Translations under genes and position numbers: made by a program
Part shown: in pieces, positions 60,299-64,000 of the stretch
How the letters are laid out: every line of letters starts with the position of its first letter
Numbering within the stretch: the stretch's first letter is position 1
Assembly (NCBI RefSeq): GCF_035594765.1
Contig: NC_085845.1
Span: 157,868,897-157,932,896 of the forward strand
Length of the DNA stretch: 64,000 bases
Direction: 5' to 3'
Source: Anolis carolinensis
Taxonomy: Eukaryota
Notes under the pieces: generated by a model
What the model was told of the DNA's origin: nothing
Database searches by the model: none
What the model saw: the letters and a program-made list of their open reading frames with translations, nothing else

Positions 60299-60803
60299 GA
60301 ATTATAAGGATAATGCAGACAAATGCATTCAAATGGAAATATATGTTTATTATTATATTCACATTTTATAAACAGTTTATTAATATATACATATTAAGAA
60401 ATGTATTAGCATATTATATTAAAAATAGTACATGTTGTCATATATACAAGTTAATTCCTCTTTCAGTAATCTATTTATGACAAATTTGTGAATTAACTTG
60501 CTACAGAGTTGTTTAATCTCAAAACCCATCTGCAGCTTCTTAGAACTTGCATGTGCATCATTCATTTGTGCTCAAAGTAAAACACACTGTGCAATGTAAT
60601 GTTTTGTGTTTTCTTACTGATTATTTTTACAATCTGTGACACATCAATATTAATTGTTTTTATGGTGTGTGTTTCAGGACACTTTACATTTTTGTATTCT
60701 TTATGTATATTTAGAAACTTCTAAATAACTCCGTATAACATTATTCTCCATTACAAGATTTATTTTAACAGAGAGGAAATTGGCATTTTATATGATAGCC
60801 TTC

Positions 60804-60809
60804 AATAAA
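60804..60809 (+). terminator. Candidate OTOGL polyadenylation signal
   Basis: AATAAA about 500 nt after the stop, in AT-rich UTR-like sequence. Confidence 0.5.
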
Positions 60810-60826
60810 AAAGGTGATGTAAACTA

Positions 60827-61142
60827 CAATCAGTCCCCAAGTTACAAACAAGATAGAGCTTTAAATAGCAAAGGGAAGCATTAACACCCCGTGGTGTTTG
60901 TTTTGCTGTCTGTACACCTGTTCAGAAGATTTCACCTCACTTTCTGTTTCTGTAATAATTGAGTTTTGAAAAAAAAAATGGCTTGTGGAAACAAGGATTG
61001 GCGAGAAAGCTTCCTTTGAGCCACCTTTTCCTCATGATAACTCTTTCAGGAGTGAATTTCCCTCCTTACTTCTTGTTGTGTCACCCCATTCTTAACTATA
61101 AGTTATTTGTAAGTCTGATGTTTGTAACTCATGGATTGCCTG
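60827..61142. mobile_element. Tc1/mariner-type MITE
   Basis: TA-CAATCAGTCCCCAAGTTACAAACA ... TGTTTGTAACTCATGGATTGCCTG-TA. Confidence 0.7.
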
Positions 61143-62929
61143 TACTGTGGCTGCAACCACATATCTACCACATAGCTACAATGCTCTAGCAAGTCTTTAA
61201 CTTCTCACCCAACCCCTGAAAACCACCTCAAAAACTAATCAGCCATTCAGAGAGATAGTGGTTTATTCTGCTGGTGGGTCGAGCACAGTGGGATGATGTA
61301 AACACTTCCCTCCCACCTACTTCTGCTCCTTGCACTTTTGTTTAAAGGCAGGAAGAGGGCTAGTCACACCATCCTGTAGTGCTTATCTTGTGAGCAAAAC
61401 AGTCCTTCTTCACTTCAGCTGGATTATTGGCTTTTAAAGTGGGTTTCAGTCATTTGTGGTTGTGGCAATAGTGCCATGACTGAAAACTAGAACACGATGA
61501 AAGTTGCAGTATCCTAAATCTAACTTATGACACCATAACTGATTAACAATATCTCAAACTGTGAATATATATAGATATTTTTAAAGAAGAGGAAAATGCA
61601 CCTTTACTTTGGGGAGAGGGTTGTTTTTAATAACTTAAATAATTTTATTATATTCTTGTCACTATTTTGATGATAATATGAGAGAACTTTTGTTACAAAG
61701 ATATGCAATTCTATAGTAAACATATTCTAGCATAATGCATATTATATTGAATAATACTCAGACTAGCAATAATATCTGGAGGAACAATGCAATGTATTGT
61801 AATTGACAAAATTAAATTCCTCTGTTTCATAAGTAAAATCTGAATCGTCTGCTGTAAGATAAGTTTTTAAAGACTGTTTGTGAACAAACAGTTCTCATAT
61901 AAAAGATTATTTTAGCCAGTGAAAGAGCTATACTTTGTCACAGAATAAGTGTCTGAAATAATACTGGCTTTGAGGTTCGAAACCTCCTGTGCCAGATCAT
62001 GTGACGATATGGACTGTACAAAACCATATACTGTATAGTATTCTCAGACAAAAATATAATTATCTAAATCTGTTTTGTGAACCATGGAACATTATTGAGT
62101 TAGTAACATGCTTGCTATTTCTTAGCACAATATTTTTGCCACATATATCACTATAATAAAATATATTTAAAATTTCTCATAGATTTTTGGCATACTAAGA
62201 CTGGGATTCTTACTGGGCACATGCTGGGGGTGGGAAATGGTTTTTCAAGAACTTTAGCATATTTCAGAATGATTTAATTATTTTTTTAGGGTATCTTTAT
62301 AATTTTGAATTTGTCAGGAAATTATTTTGTTCCTCTTTCCCCATCATATGGGAGGGACAGGACAAGGCCCGAATTGCTGCATTGCCCTTTCCCCCATCAG
62401 ATGGAGGAAATGTACGAAAAATGTGCGTAGCTCTGTTGGAGCTACCCAAACCTTCTCATCGTGGAGCAACCCAAAAAACACCTTCCCATCATGGAGCTAC
62501 CTGAAAAACATTTATCTTCCCATCGTGACCAAGGAAGTGTCTTGTGATGCTTCCTTGCCACTTCGGGGATCCATGGGGCAGGGCCTGCTGACTCGAGCAT
62601 CATGTGATGGCTCTGGATGGGCCCTATCCCCAAAGTGTTGCAAGGAGCCAATTTGCCTCTGTGTGATAAGGTCCCTAGTGATGAACTGATCATGCCATGA
62701 ACACAACAACAGTGGTGAAGTGTTCCAATCTGCATTGATGAAGAGAATATACACTCTGATTCTTCAAGATGTTCAATGTAATGGCAAACCTCCTTACTAT
62801 TCTGCTGTTCCCCTGAAAGAATGTGATTTAAAGAAAAATGTGTGTCGAAAGAAAGAAAAGTTGACTTGACTTCTTATGGCTTCTTATTCCAAATTGCCCT
62901 CCAAACTGCTTTGCATATATTCGGCTATA

Positions 62930-63269
62930 GGTAAAGGTAAAGATTTTTCCCTGACATTAAGTCCAGTCGTGTCCGACTCTGGGGGTTGGTGCTCATCTTC
63001 ATTTCTAAGCCAAAGAGCTGGTGTTATCCGTAGACACCCCAAGGTCATTTGGCCGACATGACTGCGTGGAGCGCCATTACCTTCCCGCAGGAGCGGTACC
63101 TACCTACCTATTGATCTACTCATATTTGCATGTTTTCGAACTGTTAGGTTGGCAGAAGCTGGGGCTAACAGCAGGGCTCACTCCGTTCCCCGGATTTGAA
63201 CCTGCGATCTTTTGGTCAGCAAGTTCAGCAGCTCAGCGTTTTAACATGTTGCACCACCAGGGGGCCTTG
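62930..63269 (-). mobile_element. Sauria SINE
   Basis: (GGTAAA)n tail; inverted homolog of 50824-51138; near-perfect 12-bp TSD TATTCGGCTATA/TATTTGGCTATA. Confidence 0.9.
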
Positions 63270-64000
63270 TATTTGGCTATATTTAGAGAGAATGCTACTG
63301 AAAAGCCTTTTAGAGCTGTCACTTTCCATTCAAAAGGGAAGCTCCCAATGCCATCTTTTCATGACTAGTGGATATCAGGTTGCAATTCACACACTTGTGT
63401 GTAATGTGTAATTTTGCCTATGTTTTAACTTTGTGGAAATAGCTATGAAACAGCAAAACAAAACTTCCTTTAGGGAGTATCTAATTAGAAGAAAATGTGC
63501 TATGTCAATACAAAACTTGGTTGGCTTGTTTTTGAATGAGCACTTCTACTGATTATATATGACTGGACTGTTTTTACAGTTTACACGCAGAAGCTGACAG
63601 TTGCAAACTTCTGTTGGCTTCATTCCAGGACTAAATAGCTAGTAAATGGGCATCCTAGGCAGATTTTAAGGCCCACTACCAGTTGAGTGTTGGAGAACGA
63701 AAAGCCCGGGGCAAAGGAAACATCGCTAAAACAATGTTCACACTTTATTTAAACACAAAATAATATGCTTATAAAATGCAGGAAATTGGTGTGTGATGAA
63801 ATAGATCTAGTAGCATTAACATCAAGAACAATAAATTTTGTAGAGTAGCTTCACTTATATTTATCACACAACCAATTGTCCTGTAGCAATCACATTATTT
63901 CAGCAATTAGAAACATCATGATATGTAGAAAATAACCTTCGTACCATCTCTCTAATAGTGCACATTCCCACAGTCTTCCACACCTCTTTACTTGACTCCA

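Overview
AT-rich vertebrate genomic DNA, most likely a squamate and probably an Anolis-type lizard, judging from the Sauria SINEs and the CR1/L2/MITE repertoire. The + strand carries the 3' part of otogelin-like (OTOGL): 32 GT-AG coding exons (12099-60298) that join in frame. They encode VWD/C8/TIL modules, an AbfB-like domain, an unexpectedly long 2564-nt Ser/Thr/Pro-rich exon, Cys-rich repeats and a C-terminal cystine knot. No upstream exon was recognised in the window. The upstream intron holds an apparently intact, very young DIRS1-type tyrosine-recombinase retrotransposon on the - strand (1765-7815). It has three overlapping ORFs (gag-like; RT/RNase H/methyltransferase-like; YR), inverted terminal repeats and an internal complementary region (ICR). 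A decayed second DIRS 3' end lies at about 42740-43326. Other inserts are CR1 and L2 fragments, SINEs, hAT, Tc1/mariner and Harbinger MITEs, a non-autonomous Helitron with a minisatellite, and a GC-rich array of nested palindromes. The most notable observations are: (1) the host flank of the DIRS mimics the element's own terminal motif in exact register, like an att half-site; (2) each ITR holds a TATA/Inr promoter and the ICR holds a splice donor; (3) the YR has RxxR in place of HxxR; (4) the DIRS 3' UTR is an array of hairpins; (5) OTOGL has a mucin-sized exon; (6) the palindrome array is dense in NRF1, ETS, YY1 and Sp motifs. All family assignments come from motif recognition and recall; no database search was run.
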